A stretch of DNA of 64,000 nt. It comes from Camelus ferus (lineage: Eukaryota). Under the pieces are notes generated by a model, which saw only the letters and a list, made by a program, of their open reading frames with translations, was not told the origin of the DNA and searched no databases. The stretch lies in assembly GCF_009834535.1 (NCBI RefSeq), contig NC_045697.1, forward strand, positions 5,086,001-5,150,000. Reading direction: 5' to 3'. Shown here in pieces: positions 1-12,999 of this stretch (the first letter of the stretch is position 1; every line of letters starts with the position of its first letter). Both the position numbers and the translations under genes were made by a program.

Positions 1-199
1 AAGTGCCGACTGTGCAGAAGATTCTCAGTAAATACTTTTTAAGTGAATGATGGCAACTGGTAATAAACTAGGAATTTTCTATATGGAATGTTTATTGATG
101 CTTGAGGATAACTCAAAAGAAAAACCAAGACCATCACATCCACGTCATCTGATAAGCGTTTACCTTTGTTTTTTGTAATCTTCTAAAAAATGAGCAAAA

Positions 200-943
200 T
201 TTCACAAACTGCATCAAAGAACATGACACACATGAAGTTCGAAGGTAAGACCTAACTGAGGATTACATTTTGGTTACAGTTAAGTTAAGCTAGATCTTAA
301 TCACAAAATGTTAACTAGAAAATCCCCAGATGTTCGGAAATTTAAAAATAAACTTCTCAAAAACTAATGAGTCAAAGCAAAAATTACCATGGAAATTGGA
401 AAATAATTAGAACTGGATGATAATGAAAATATGCTGTATTAAAGTTTGTGTGATTCAGATAAAGCCATGCTTTGAAGAAAATTGTAGCTTTGAAGAAAAT
501 TGTAGCTTTAAGTGCATTGTGAGAAAGAAAAAATAATGCTGGAAATTAATGATGCATGAATACATCTAAAGAAATTAGAAAAAAATTTTAAATTGCAAAC
601 TAGGAAGTGATTTTTAAAAAGTGCATAATCAACGAAACAGAAACAAGTGTACAATATGGAAAACCAGTAAAGCAAAAGTTACTTCTTGGAAACCTCTAAT
701 AAAGTTAATAAACCCCGGTAACGTTGATGAAGAAAATAAGGAAAGACACAAAGTCAGGGGCAGAGAGGCATCATTACAGATCCTAGAGACAACCCGGCTA
801 TAAGAGGTACGGTACACTGATTTATGACAACAAATTTAAAAATTTAGATGAAGTTAAAAACTCTAGACAGGCCTGGCTTACTACATCTAGCACATGTAGA
901 AACAGAAAACCTGAGTGATCCTATAGCTGTGAAATAAATTACA
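200..943 (+). mobile_element. Old LINE-1 (L1M-type) ORF2 fragment
   Basis: A-rich degenerate ORF2 sequence (e.g. acaacaaatttaaaaatttagatgaa, gaaacagaaaacctgagt); no intact frame. Confidence 0.7.
470..505. repeat. 18-bp perfect tandem duplication (ctttgaagaaaattgtag)x2
   Basis: Read directly at 470-487 and 488-505. Confidence 0.95.
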
Positions 944-1605
944 GGGATGTGCCAGGTTCTGGGGATTCTGGATGAATACGCCACCACCCTTGCCCCAACA
1001 CTCAATCTCAACAACATGTCCAGTTGGAGCACCAGGCGTGGGTTTATGTAGGCTTTCTTCAGGCAGAGGTGGAGGGGTGCTCCCTCTAGGCAGAGAAAAA
1101 CAACGTAAGTCTACCCAGGAAGCCACAAGGCAAGTGGATGAACCCTGTGTTCCTGGAGCCGGAGGCACCGGGGGCTTTCCAGGAGGCAGCACTGCAAAGG
1201 GATGTTAAGGCCAAATTTTGTAGCCAGAGTGAAGAGTCTAATTGTTCCAGTAGGTGTTCCGGAGCTTCTGGTGATGTATAAACGTGGAAAAGACGAGGAA
1301 AGGGTAAAAGACAATTGACACAGATGTTTCTAAACCAACGCTAGAAGGAAGAGAAGAAAAAGGAAACAAGTTTCCTGGCCGCAGACCAGGTGTTTTCATA
1401 TATGCTGGCTGATCGGGTTCATTCCATCAGGAGGATGTCTGTGATGCCCATCACCGTCTTCAGAGGAGACAAGTGATGCTTAGAGAGGTTAACAGAGAAG
1501 TGACAAGGGCCACCTGTTGCGTGAGCAGCAGAGCCGGGACCAAGCAAATGTTTACATGGCCGTAAGTCCTGTGCGGTTCCTTCATGCCACGGGCAAAAAG
1601 ACACT

Positions 1606-2081
1606 TTGAAACAGACAGATTCAGTAACAGTCCCTTTTGTTTACACTTCCTTCTCCCTACGCCCTGAGGAAGGCCCCTACAAGGACTCCCAGCCCTGTGA
1701 CTCACACTGGCCAAGGTGACACCAGCGAACACGAGGATGTGCGACGTGCAGCACGCCTGCGCTCTGGAGCTTACCCTCCTGCTGCTCTGAGAACCTGGCA
1801 CCGCCCCGGGAGGGAGGCTGAACCTGCGGTGGATGATGGGAGACACAGGGGTCAGTCTCCCAGCCGACAGCCAGCCAACCCCAGGAACCAGAGCCACTTG
1901 GCTGATGGGTGGCTGATGGCAAACACATGAGAGCCCAGTGGAAACCAGCAGAGAGACAGCTCAGTTGGCTCAGCCCCAAATTCTGACCCACCCCAAGAAT
2001 CATGAGCTAAGTAAACGGTAACTGTTTTAAGCTGTACAGTCAGGAGGGGTCTGTTCTGCAGCAAAAGTTAACGGTGACACA
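1606..2081 (+). mobile_element. MaLR solo LTR (MLT1F-like)
   Basis: Typical MLT1 3' end: cccagccgacagccagc...aaattctgacccacc...tgttttaagc...tgttctgcagcaaaagttaacggtgacaca. Confidence 0.7.
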
Positions 2082-2311
2082 CGCAGGAGCTCTGCCGGCT
2101 GAACTGCCAAAGTGTATAGATTTTGAGTCCTTGGAAAATCCTCCCCTGTAATTTGACATTCTGGATAAAATTTGACTTTGGAAGTTTTTCAGCAGTGTTT
2201 TGAGAAGCAATCTAGTTGTCTAGGCAGAAAGGGGTGAGCCCTGTCCTGGTGATCTGAGAGAATTCTATCTTCCCAGCCCGGGGCTTGCTTTGCCTGCAGA
2301 GCTGATGCCAG

Positions 2312-2353
2312 GTGGATCGTGGACCATGGACCGTGGACCATGGACCGTGGATC
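2312..2353. repeat. 7-bp unit minisatellite (RTGGAYC)x6
   Basis: gtggatc gtggacc atggacc gtggacc atggacc gtggatc. Confidence 0.9.
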
Positions 2354-2574
2354 CTGAAGATCCCTCAGGGCCTCTTGTGAGAGAGGATGCTCTGACAGAT
2401 GGGCAGTACCCCCATGCTCACTAAACCACGGTGAAGCTCCGCACGTCACCCGCATAGAGCTGCTTCCAAGTCTAGGAGCGATTTGATTAACTTTTTATTT
2501 CCCAAGGAGTCTGAGACATCACAAAGGTTTGATCAAGTCACCATACCCTGTGGTCTGTAGCCGGTCTCCCTCTG

Positions 2575-3020
2575 CAGCCCCAGGGCCTGGCACACAGTAG
2601 GTGCTCAATAATTGCGGGGTTTCATAGAAATCACTTCTGCTCTCTGAGCCTCTGTTCCCTTATATGGAAAAAAGGATAATAATAATGATTATAATAATAA
2701 TAATGACGTTTATACCCCGAGAAGATTTTAAAGAGAAGTAAGTGAGGTCAGTGTGTGTGAAACAGCCCACATAAGGGTTATTTCCAAAGTGATGCATACC
2801 AGCTGTTATTTTTAATATTTTAATAGGGAAAGGAGAGGGCACAGGGGGGAGATAGACCTGGTTTCAAATGCTGTTTCTCTCACTTAATACCTGTGTGTCC
2901 TCAAGCAAGTCCCTTAAACTTTCCTTTCCTGTTTCTTCAAATATAACACGTGAAAGGCAATACCCAATGAGCAGAAGTGTCAGAGGGTTTAAAGACAATG
3001 TGTACAAAAGGTGAGGGATA
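2575..3020 (+). mobile_element. L2 3' end followed by MIR fragments
   Basis: cctggcacacagtaggtgctcaataa (L2/MIR tail); tctctgagcctctgttccc and ctgtgtgtcctcaagcaagtcccttaaac (MIR core). Confidence 0.6.
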
Positions 3021-3029
3021 AATGTAAAT

Positions 3030-4110
3030 GAAAACCTCACACCCATGAGGATGGCTCTGATCAAAAGGAAAAACAACAAAATACAGTGCTGGTGAGGAAG
3101 CGGAGAAGCCAGAACCCTGTGCGCTGTCGGTGGGAAAGTGAAACGGCGCGGCTGCCGCAGAAAGCAGCGCGGTGGTGCCGCAAAGCATTAGGAACAGAAA
3201 CATCCATGACCCGGCAGTTCCAGTCCTGAGTAAACAGCTGGTATCCGTGGGGGGCTGGTAATGGTTCCAGACTCCCCTCCCAGATACCAAAACCCACGGA
3301 TGCTCAAGTCCCATAAATAAAACATCACAGTATTTGCATTTAACCTACACAAATCCTCCTGCCTACCTTAAACCACCTCTGAATTACCTCTAATACCTAA
3401 TACAATGTAAATTCTACGTAAATAATTGTAAATAGTTCCTGGTGCGCGGCCAATTCCGGTTTGCTTTTTGGTACTTTGTGGAATTGTTTTTCACATATTC
3501 TTGATCTGTGTTTTGTTGAATCCAAGGCCCCGGAACCTGTGGATGCAAAAGGCTGACTATATGTCCAAAAGAATGGACATCAGGGTCTTAAAGGAATGTT
3601 TGCACATCCATGTGCCCGGCAGCCTTAGTCACAATAGCCAAAGGTAGAGACAACCCAAGTGTCCGTCAAGGGACCGATGGATAAATGAAATGTAATCTAT
3701 ATATGCAACCAAATATGATTCAGCCTTTAACACGAAGGAAATTTTGACACATGTTACAACACGAATGAACCTTAAGGACATTATGCTCAGTGAAATAAGC
3801 GAGTCACAAAAATACAGCTGCTTTGAGTCCACTCATATGAGCTCCCTGGAGTAGTCAGATTCATAGAGACAGAAAGCAGCATGGTGGTTGCCAAGGGCTG
3901 GGGGCAGAAGGAAAGAGGGACTTAGTGTTTAATGGGGACAGAGTTTCATTCCCAGTGTCCAGTTTCACCAGAGGAAAAGAGTCCTGGAGGCTGGCTGCAC
4001 ACCATTGTGAATACAGTGGACAGTACTGGACTTTACACTTAAATATGACTGAGATGGTAAGTTTCATGTTATGTGGGGGGTTTTTTTCTTATCACAATTA
4101 AACAATCAAA
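3030..4110 (+). mobile_element. LINE-1 3' end (L1MB-like) interrupted by a MER2-type element
   Basis: ORF2 C-terminal and 3'UTR motifs (cacaatagccaaaggtagagacaacccaagtgtcc, gaaccttaaggacattatgctcagtgaaataag, gagacagaaagcagcatggtggttgcc). Confidence 0.85.
3235..3559 (+). mobile_element. Tigger-family MITE (MER2B-like)
   Basis: ggtatccgtggggg...gataccaaaacccacggatgctcaagtccc...aacctgtggatgcaaaaggctgact; sits at a TA-like site in the L1. Confidence 0.8.
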
Positions 4111-5439
4111 AATCTAGACACAGTGCCTGGCTCACATAGGTGCTCTGAAGTTGCTTATTAAAGAAAGAAAGGAAGGCAGGAAGGAAAAGAAAGAGGGAAG
4201 GAGAATAACACCAGGTCACTTACAATTCATTCATTAATCCATGTACTCAACAAACTTCTTTGAGTCTCAGCTTTGACTCTTATTAGCTGTGTGACCTTAA
4301 TAAAGTTAATCAACCCCTCTGGGACCCCTTCTGCACATCTGCTATGTTTAGGTGCCACTACCCAATGTCCAGAATTCTAATGAAGGTAGAAGCCTTCTGT
4401 AAACCACAAATTCAGTAAGCGTCTTGCCCACAGCAGCAGCAGGGGGAGGCGTGGCAGCAGTAGTGGTTTTACACTACAAAATACTGGTATGAAAAGACAC
4501 GGTATTTTTATATTCGTATTTAGGAAAGCCTCTAAATGAAGCCATTGAAGAGTATTCCAGTGTTAACTCTCATTACGTGAAAGGCTGTGTCTCTCCCATG
4601 ACTAATTCAGCTGTGAGCTAAACGAAGCTGACCAACACAGTTCTGCAGTAGTGGTCCTATGTTTGGAAAGCAAAAAGAAAAACACGGCAAGGGTCTCTGT
4701 CTTACTTAGCAAAGTAAGGAAGATTTCCGTAAGATACACGAGGCTACACTGTCTCCAGGTCCCTTTCTTTGTAACCTGTGAGCTCCAGAAAAGCATCGCA
4801 GCTGCCCTACTGACGAGCCTGAGGCTGAAAGTTTGGGGTATCTGCACCCTTGAGCTCCTCAACGTGGAGACCAGCACCCATTAGCGAGGGCTGGGATTTT
4901 GGAGACTCAACTGCGTGAGTCTGAATTCCGGCCTCCCGCCCCGACTCACTGGCTGTGTGACACTGAACAAGGCTCTTCGTGTCATCTTCGGGCTCATTTT
5001 CTCACCCGTAACATGGGCTCACTGGGACCTGCCTTTTCAGTGATAAGGCAGGTTGCATGTCCTGAGCACCCCCGCGACACTCTCCTGGAAACGCTAGGGA
5101 AAATAAACCCAGTCCCGTCTGAGGCTGCCAACAACACAGAGGGAGGAAAACAAGAGAGCCTGCCCTGGGCGCCTCTGCTGGGGCATGTGCTTCAGTCGCC
5201 CGAAGCAGGGAAAGGGGGCACAGAGGAAAATCCCTCCTTGGCCAGGGCTCTAGAGGAGGGAAAAAAGGACTTCTAACCACACACCTGCCCTCCTGCAGTT
5301 TCATCCCACCAGCATGATCTCAGAACCCCATCCTCAACAGTCAACTTAGAGTTGCCCCAAGTCGTTTGAACACCCTGGTGCCTGTCAGAAGAAAGGAAAA
5401 ACATCTTTTGAAGGGATGAATGATAAAGAAAATTAGAAT

Positions 5440-7140
5440 TGCAATTTACGTAAGTTTTTGTAGAAGGAAATAGTGAAATATGAGCGACCAACCCTCAAAT
5501 CTTTTCATGAGACTGGTGTGATCCTGATACCAAAGCCCAGATAAGTGCAGGCTTATTTACAGTTAACACAAAGCTCCTGAAACAGACATCAAAAATAGCA
5601 GTGTATAGAAAAATAACACATCAGGAACAAGTTGCGGCTTTCCTAGGTATGCAAAGATTGTCTAATATTAAGAAAAATCCATCCATGTAATACACTACAG
5701 TAGTGGAACAAAAAAGAAATAACTATGATATAGGTTTTTTTTCATACCATATTTCTTTTGTTTTATTCTTTTAAATTGAAGTATAGTTGCTGTATATATT
5801 ATATGTTACAGGTGTACCATAGCATGAGTCACAATTTTTAAAGGTTATACTCTATTTATAAGCACGATAAACCATTGGCTATACTCCCCATGCTGTACAA
5901 TATACTCTTGGAGCTTATTTTATACCTAATAGTTTGTGCCTCTAATGCCCCTACCCCTACATTGCCCCTCCCCGCTTCCCTCTCCCCACTGGTAACCACT
6001 AGTTTGTTCTCTATATCTCTGAGTCTGCTTCTTTTTTGTTATATTCGTAATTGTATAGTTTTAATAGACGTAGGAAAAAATTTGTAAGATTCCACATTCA
6101 TTCATAACAATAACAAACTATACACTAGGAAGTCACCCAACAAACAACATTGTCTGAAAACCTACAGCAAACATATTAAAAACATTCCCTTTAGGATCAG
6201 GATGAAGACATTGTACCGAAGACCCCAGCCAAGGCAGTGACATGAGAAAGAAAAATGAAAACTATAAAGACTGTTAAAGACGAGACGAACCGTCCTTACT
6301 TGCAGATGATATGACTGCTTAACTAGAAGAATCCAAGAGAATCCAATACAAACTACAAGAATATCTCTGCATATAAGATCCATAAGCAGAGTGCACTGCA
6401 TTTATCACCAGCAATGAACAATTAGAATGCATGATTTTTAAAAGATACAAAATAAGTTACCTTGGAATAAATTCCACAACTGATACACAATTGTTCATGG
6501 ACAAAATTACAGCGCTTCGATGACAGGCATTACACAAGACCTAAATAGGCAGAGAGAAGCACCATGTTCCCAGATTCAATACCATAAAAATGTCAGCTCT
6601 CCTAAAATTAATCTATAAATTCAATGTGTTTCCCGTCAGAGCGCAATAGTTTTAATAGACCTTGACAACTTACGCAAAGCCTGTATGTACGAACAAAGAG
6701 TAAAGATATCTAAGATAAATTTTGAAGATGAACAGGATGCAGACTTACCAACCAGAACCTAAAACTTACTATAAAGTTATAATTAAAGACATACTATATT
6801 GGTAGAGGGCTAAACAAAGAGATGAGACCAGAGAAACAGACTGGAGAGCTTAGAAACAGACCCAATGGAAACATGACAAATGACAGAGGTGGCATCAGTG
6901 AAGAAAGATGCAAAAAATTACAACTACAAATGAGAAGACTGAGAAATCTATGTTAAAACTAAAACTTCTCTGTGTCAAACTCATTGTTAAAAAGTAAAAA
7001 GATATGCCACAGACTTGAAAAATTTATTTCCAATGTATCTGACTGATAAAATATTAATATCCAGGTTATATAAAGAACTCCATGTGTTAATAAAAAAAAA
7101 AGCAATGGGCAACTATATATGGCAACTATAAACATACCAA
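5440..7140 (+). mobile_element. Old LINE-1 ORF2 fragment (RT region)
   Basis: cttttcatgagactggtgtgatcctgataccaaagcccagataag (degenerate NSFYEASITLIPKPDK), ttgcagatgatatgactg (FADDM motif), ttaatctataaattcaatg. Confidence 0.8.
5770..6047 (-). mobile_element. LINE-1 3' UTR fragment inserted in the older L1
   Basis: ttaaattgaagtatagttg...ggtaaccactagtttgttctctatatctctgagtctg is the reverse complement of an L1 3' end. Confidence 0.8.
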
Positions 7141-8639
7141 AAAAAGTCAAGGACATCCTCTTTCTGGTGGGGTACGGAAGGTCACGAGAGACTTCTCTCA
7201 ACCCAACGATCAAGAATAATCCATGAAATTTTCTGCAATTTATCTTTTAACAAGGTTAATATGTTAAAATGTATGATAAGTATTAAAAAGACGGACTGCT
7301 TACTTACTAGAGATAAAATCACAAGGCAGGAATTCATTTGATTATTGGGTCCAAGAAATGTTATATAATAGCTCAGCAAAATGTCTCCACTTCACTTTTC
7401 TCTCTTTCTTGATGGATATAGTTACAAACTCGCTTCTCTTGATCTCATTATTTGTACACCTCAATAGAGTGTCATTCCCACAAATTACAACCCAGTTTCA
7501 GACTTGACTCATTCTGCAAATAAATAGCGTAAGAGAATTTACAATTAAAATGGAAGTTGACAGTCTTGTTAACCAGCCTCCCACTCAAGGCAGAAATTCA
7601 CTGGCAGAAAGTTATCCAGCCCAGAGTTATACCCTCTAGACACAGACTCACTCCCAGCCCAGGGAAACCACTCCTGCCGTGGGCTGAGGTGCCTGCGAGA
7701 AGATTCTTTCTTAATCTGAGACGAAAGATGCTCCTGATTAGCAGAATGCCATCATTGCATTTAGTTATTTATTCATTTATAACCTTACTTCCTCACTTCC
7801 TGATTCACCCACATATTCAAAAACATTTACTGAGAACCTAGGCTCAAATCACCGCTTCAGTCACAAAAGTAAGTCCCGGTCCCTGGCTCCAGTGCACTTC
7901 GAGTCCAGGGGGTTAGAGAGAAGTAGACAAACAATTTCCTTTGCATCTGCTAAGTGCTGTGATGGAGAGAAGCACCCATCAAGAGGGGAGCACAACTGAA
8001 GCATCTGGGACGGCCGGGGTGTCAGGGCAGGCGCTCCACGAGGAAGTGAAGACTGGGCAGGAGGTGACCTTGCGGAGATGGGGTGTCCAGGCGCAGGGAA
8101 CAGCTGAGATAAAAGTATGGAGGTGTGATGGAGAACGGTGCATCTGTAACAGACCACGCTGTTCATATTGCTGGGACCAGATGTGCAGTTGGGGGATGAA
8201 GTTGGAGGAAAAAAAAGAGACTTTCAACATCAGTCAGAAAAAGAGTAAAATCTGCTTTTTATTTAATATAGTCAAAAGAATATTTAACGTGACAGTTAAC
8301 ACTCATCTTCTTATCTTACTTTTGAGTCTTTTTACAGCACCTGCCTCACCCCCTCTGGACATCTGAGAATGGGCGCCGCCCGCAGGCTCAGCCCTGCCTG
8401 GCGCCTGAGCGGACAGGAAGCCCTGCACATGCGCAGCACCTCCATCTGGAGTGCCCCCACATCAGCCTCACTCTCCAGACCGCCCACCTTCAGCACGCTT
8501 AGCGGGACGCAGAGCCTGGTACTTCACTCTGGCCACACCTCCCCACGGGGGCTGGATCCTGTTACCCATAACCATCCCCCCACCCCCAGGCTACAAGCCC
8601 AGTGCTGCCGGGTAAAGGACACATCATCTGGAAAGATGT

Positions 8640-9280
8640 GATAACTGCCCTCCTGCCCCCAATTCTGTCGGTCACTTGACATCCATCTGTCCCCTGGTAA
8701 CCCTGCTTCTTAACCCCAACCCACTCCAATCCGTTGTTCACCCAGTAGCAGAGAAATCCTTCTAAAAGAAAATGTGATCTCTCCTTGCTAGTTAAAACCT
8801 TTCACTGGCTGCCCGGAATAAAATCCAGACAGCTGCCCCTGCTCGCCTCTCTCACCGCTGCCTCTATCTCCCTGTATCGGCGCTCAGCTCCAGTAGCACC
8901 CGCCCTTCGCTGTGCTGTCATGCTGGGTCTGCCACCTGCTGCTCCTGCAGCTTGGCATGCACCCCCATCCCCAAATGCCTCCTCTGATTAATCCCTACCG
9001 CTCATCTTCAAGATTTAGGATAAACATCATCTACACTGAAATCTCTCCAAAAGCACTAAGCAGTTCCTTCCCTATGATCCACAGTATCTTTTTCATTCTC
9101 TATCATAGCACTCAGTTTACTGCTTTGTACTGATCTACGCATCCATATTCCCCTATAGGCTCTGAACTCTTGAGATCAGAGATGCTGGCATGTGCTTATC
9201 TGCGCCCCTTGGTGCTGGCACAATCCCTGGCATACATTTGATGCTGAGGCCACAACTGTTGAGTGGATGAATGAATGAAT
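8640..9280 (+). mobile_element. L2 3' fragment
   Basis: Ends ctggcacaatccctggcatac...gttgagtggatgaatgaatgaat (L2 tail). Confidence 0.7.
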
Positions 9281-9767
9281 GACTGGTCATGGCCCACCTT
9301 CCAGATGCTACCTTTTCCACTTGCCTAAATCACGCTTGAATCTGTGCCATCCAGTGGGCACTCATCAGGCACCACCAGGACCATGCTGCACAGGGGTCCA
9401 CTTCCCCAACCCCATCTCACCCGGGCCTGCTTTCTGCTCCTCGCACTGGTCTACGAGGCTGCCCTACCCACAGATCAGGTGTTCTGGTCATCTCCATCCC
9501 ATTATCATAGTATCCTGACTAACCTTGGTCCTCTCTTACTAAAAGAGAGGCTTAGATTTCTTGGACATAATTTGTAGCCCCTCATCACCCTTTACTCTCC
9601 TCTCAGTGCAGTGCGCTGACACGAGGCTCCCTGGAGTTGACCCCATTACCACCATGATGGTCGTACAGAGCAGAACCCTGTAGGATAGTCACTGACCTTG
9701 GTCTGTCTGCCACTCCCCCACCTCCTCCCCAGGAGGACTGATGCCTGCCTCCTCTGTGCACAGACAC

Positions 9768-10286
9768 TGTGATACGGAAGAACAAACCTGACTCCGTGTT
9801 AGAGCTCTCTTTTGGCTCTAACCTTGTGCTCTGTTTCCCATGCTTAGTCATGCTGGTTTTGCACCTTTTATAAAAGAATGTTGGCTATAGCTTGAAACTT
9901 ACAGGATAGTCCATTCTCAAGATTCTGACTTTTAAGGGTATAACACTTTCCCATTCATATAATGATAAAAAGTTGCAGAACAGAAAATAACATTTGTCTT
10001 GTTGGAGGTTTACAGGGACACCATGACCTGACCTACGTGGACAGCTGTAAGCACGAAGGATTCCAACAGCAAGAAGTTTGCAACAACAAACCATACCCTC
10101 TCCCCTCTTTACTATAAAAGGAACCTGAATTCTGACTTGGGGAAGATGGTTCTCCAGTACATTAGTCTCCCATCTTCTCGGTCTGCTGGCTTTCTGAATA
10201 AAGTCGCTATTCCTTGCCCCAAAACGTCATCTCCCAATTTATTGGCCTGTCGTGCGGTGAGCAAGACGAGTCTGGACTCAACAGCA
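9768..10286 (+). mobile_element. ERV1-class solo LTR (MER41-like)
   Basis: TG...CA ends, TATAAAA at 10113-10119, AATAAA at 10197-10202, U5-like ending ttattggcctgtcgtgcggtgagcaagacgagtctggactcaacagca. TSD not clear. Confidence 0.75.
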
Positions 10287-10786
10287 AGATGAACCCTCAC
10301 GATGCCTCCTGCAAACATCAAATGCAAATGTATGCTGCCTTGTCTGTATCCACTCCTAGACCAGTCTCCTTAATTCAATATTCAGCCAACAAACCTTGTT
10401 GAATGCTCCCCACCACCATGGCAGGCAAGAACCGCATGTAATTCCCTCTTCTTTCTCCGTAAGCTTGCCCAATGTCTGGCACAAGCTGGTATCAGAACAT
10501 ATTTATTCATTGAATGAGTGGATAACCACTTACACACAATGATGGTAGGTGCCAATTTTTTGGTCAAATTAAATGTTTTATGAACTGTTGCCAAGTCAGG
10601 TCTTCCCACAATTTTCTGAGTAATTAATTGTTTGATTCTAAATGCTGAACTTTCTATTTATCAGAATAAATTTCAAATTGCCAGGTTTGAACCCAGGATG
10701 TAAGCCAAAACAGATAAAAGGAAATCGAGATTTTTGCCATCCACAGTTTGAGCAATCCCTTTAAAAAGGATGTCACTTAAAACGTT

Positions 10787-11178
10787 TGTAAGAGGTTGAA
10801 TGATGGCACCCCAGAAGACGTGCCCACCTGGAATCCGAAAGTGTGAACTCAGGTGGAAAGAAGAGTCTTTGCAAATGCAGTTCAGTTAAAGATCTCACAG
10901 TAAGAGCATCCTGAATCAGGGTGGGCTCAGAATCCAACGAAGCATCCTCACGAGAGACAGAAAAGGAGAGAGAAACAGAGAGAGGACCACGTAGGAGGGA
11001 GGCAAAGACTGCAGGCACGCAGCCACAAGCCCAGGAATGCCTGGGGCCACCAGAAGATGGAAGAAGCAAGGAGAGATCCTCCCTCTAGAGCCTTCAGAGG
11101 GAGCACAGCCCTGCAGACACCTTGACTTGGGACTTCTGTCCCCAGTCCAGAACTGTGAGAGAACGCATTTCTGCTTTT
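10787..11178 (+). mobile_element. MaLR solo LTR (MLT1C/D-like), 3'-truncated by an L1 insertion
   Basis: gcagccacaagcccaggaatgcctggggccaccagaag...ctagagccttcagagggagcacagccctgcagacaccttga...ccagaactgtgagagaacgcatttctg. Confidence 0.85.
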
Positions 11179-11179
11179 T

Positions 11180-11830
11180 TTTTAAATTGAAGTATAGTTG
11201 GTTTACAATGTTGTGTTAATTTCTGGTGTACAGCATAGTCTTCTTTTAATTCTTATTTTATTCTTATTTTTTGTTGTTTTTGTTGTTTTATTTTAGGGTA
11301 GGAAATTCAGTTTTTCTATTTATTTAAACTTTTTTTATTGAGTTATAGTCATTTTACAATGTTGTGTTAAATTCCAGTGTAGAGCACAATTTTTCAATTA
11401 TACATGAACATATATATATTCATTGCCACATGTTTTTCTCTATGAGGTACCATAAGATCTTGTGTATATTCCCCTGTGCTATACAGTATAATCTTGTTTA
11501 TCTATTCTATATTTTGAAATCCCAGTCTGTCTCTTCCCACCCCCGCCCCCTTGGCAACCACAAGTTTGTATTCTATGTCTATGAGTCTGTTTCTGCTTTG
11601 TATTTATGTTTTGTTTGTTTGTTTGTTTTTGTTTTTTTTTAATTCCACATATGAGCGATCTCATATGGTATTTTTCTTTCTCTTTCTGGCTTACTTCAGT
11701 TAGAATGACATTCTCCAGGAGCATCCATGTTGCTGCAAATGGCATTATGTTGTTGGTTTTTATGGCTGAGTAGTATTCCATTGTATAAATATACCACCTC
11801 TTCTTTATCCAGTCATTTGTTGATGGACAC
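11180..11830 (-). mobile_element. L1 tail fragment plus young lineage-specific L1 3' end (~11325-11830)
   Basis: ORF 11479..11832 encodes the ORF2 C-terminus DWIKKRWYIYTMEYYSAIK...WMLLENVIL; its 3'UTR is nearly identical to the L1 at 59154-60592. Confidence 0.92.
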
Positions 11831-12999
11831 AACCTTGTATATTTTTTAACTCACTTATTTTCAAATAAAAAAACTAAGACATAGAAAAAGGAATATTTTT
11901 TTGGAGGCAGGGGAAGGCCTCTACCTCTGATTTGGACCCAGGTATTATGATTCTCTTTCCATCTTCTCATCTAAGTCAATGTTGAATATTAGTGAGAGAG
12001 GACAAAAGAGTCCAGTGGTCCTTTACCAGAAAGCCCACTTTAAATTTCCAGTGTCAACAAACACAATGTCTCTCCTGGCAGTGGAGACGTCTAAGGTAGA
12101 CTTCGCCTTGACACGCTCCTCTCTGGGGGAAAGGGCGAGTGTGGCAGTGACGTGTCCTTGGGTGATGACATGCTGCTACCTGCTTCTCCCCTTGGTCACA
12201 CGCCATCCTTCTTGTGGTCCACTCTTGGTAAGGGTCACATTCCTTTCCAGCTCGTATTTCTTTTTTCTTTTTAGTAAGTCCTTTCCATCATCCTAGATTT
12301 GTTGTCTTAATATTTCTGTTAAGTCCTTGGAGAAACCATCTGCACGCTCTTCATTCCGCAACAATTCAATCCAGCTGGGCCCGCAGACCTCACTGAAGAT
12401 GCCAGATTCTTTCTTATGATTAATCTTCCGAGTGGGAAAAAGCTCTTCACAATCATGGATGAAATGGAAGCAGGACATTAATAACTGACATCTGCAGATG
12501 TTTCCCTTGTTTGCACAGCATTTTCACATCCAGTTCCTCATGTGATGCTCCCAGTGGTCCCCCAAGCAGCAGTCTCGGGCAGGTGGAGAAAGGGAGGGGC
12601 ACCCTGGCAGTCTGATGCCACAGTTCCTGTGACAGGAATGGTCTGGCCACCCAGCATAGTTGCCTTTTAGCCTTTGGCTAGATGCTCACGCAGAGGAGCA
12701 GTCTTCCCTCCCAACAGGACTGTCTACCACCATGTCCCACCCCTGGCAGAGCAGTAGGGAGCCTGCATGACAGCCAGGCTTCCTAGTCAGATGGTCCCAT
12801 CCCCCTGGTCACAGGGAGTGGCTCAGGCACCTGACCAAGCCTGACCACAACACCCTTTGAGGGGTTGCAGAATTGAGACTTAACTCAGTCCCAATGACTC
12901 CTGGAGGTTCTGGACAATCCTTTCTCTCCTTCTCAGTCACATATTCCAGCTCTCCTACAAATCTAGTTCATCAGAGAGCTTCCTACGCAGCGCAATCAG

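Noticed and set aside
200..7140. Idea that the L1 pieces at 200-943 and 5440-7140 are one element split by a 4.5-kb insert
   Set aside because: They are roughly collinear in ORF2, but the intervening DNA contains very old L2/MIR copies and I saw no TSD. This cannot be supported without an alignment.
9768..10286. STAT1/GAS interferon-responsive enhancer in the MER41-like LTR
   Set aside because: No TTCNNNGAA motif found by eye.
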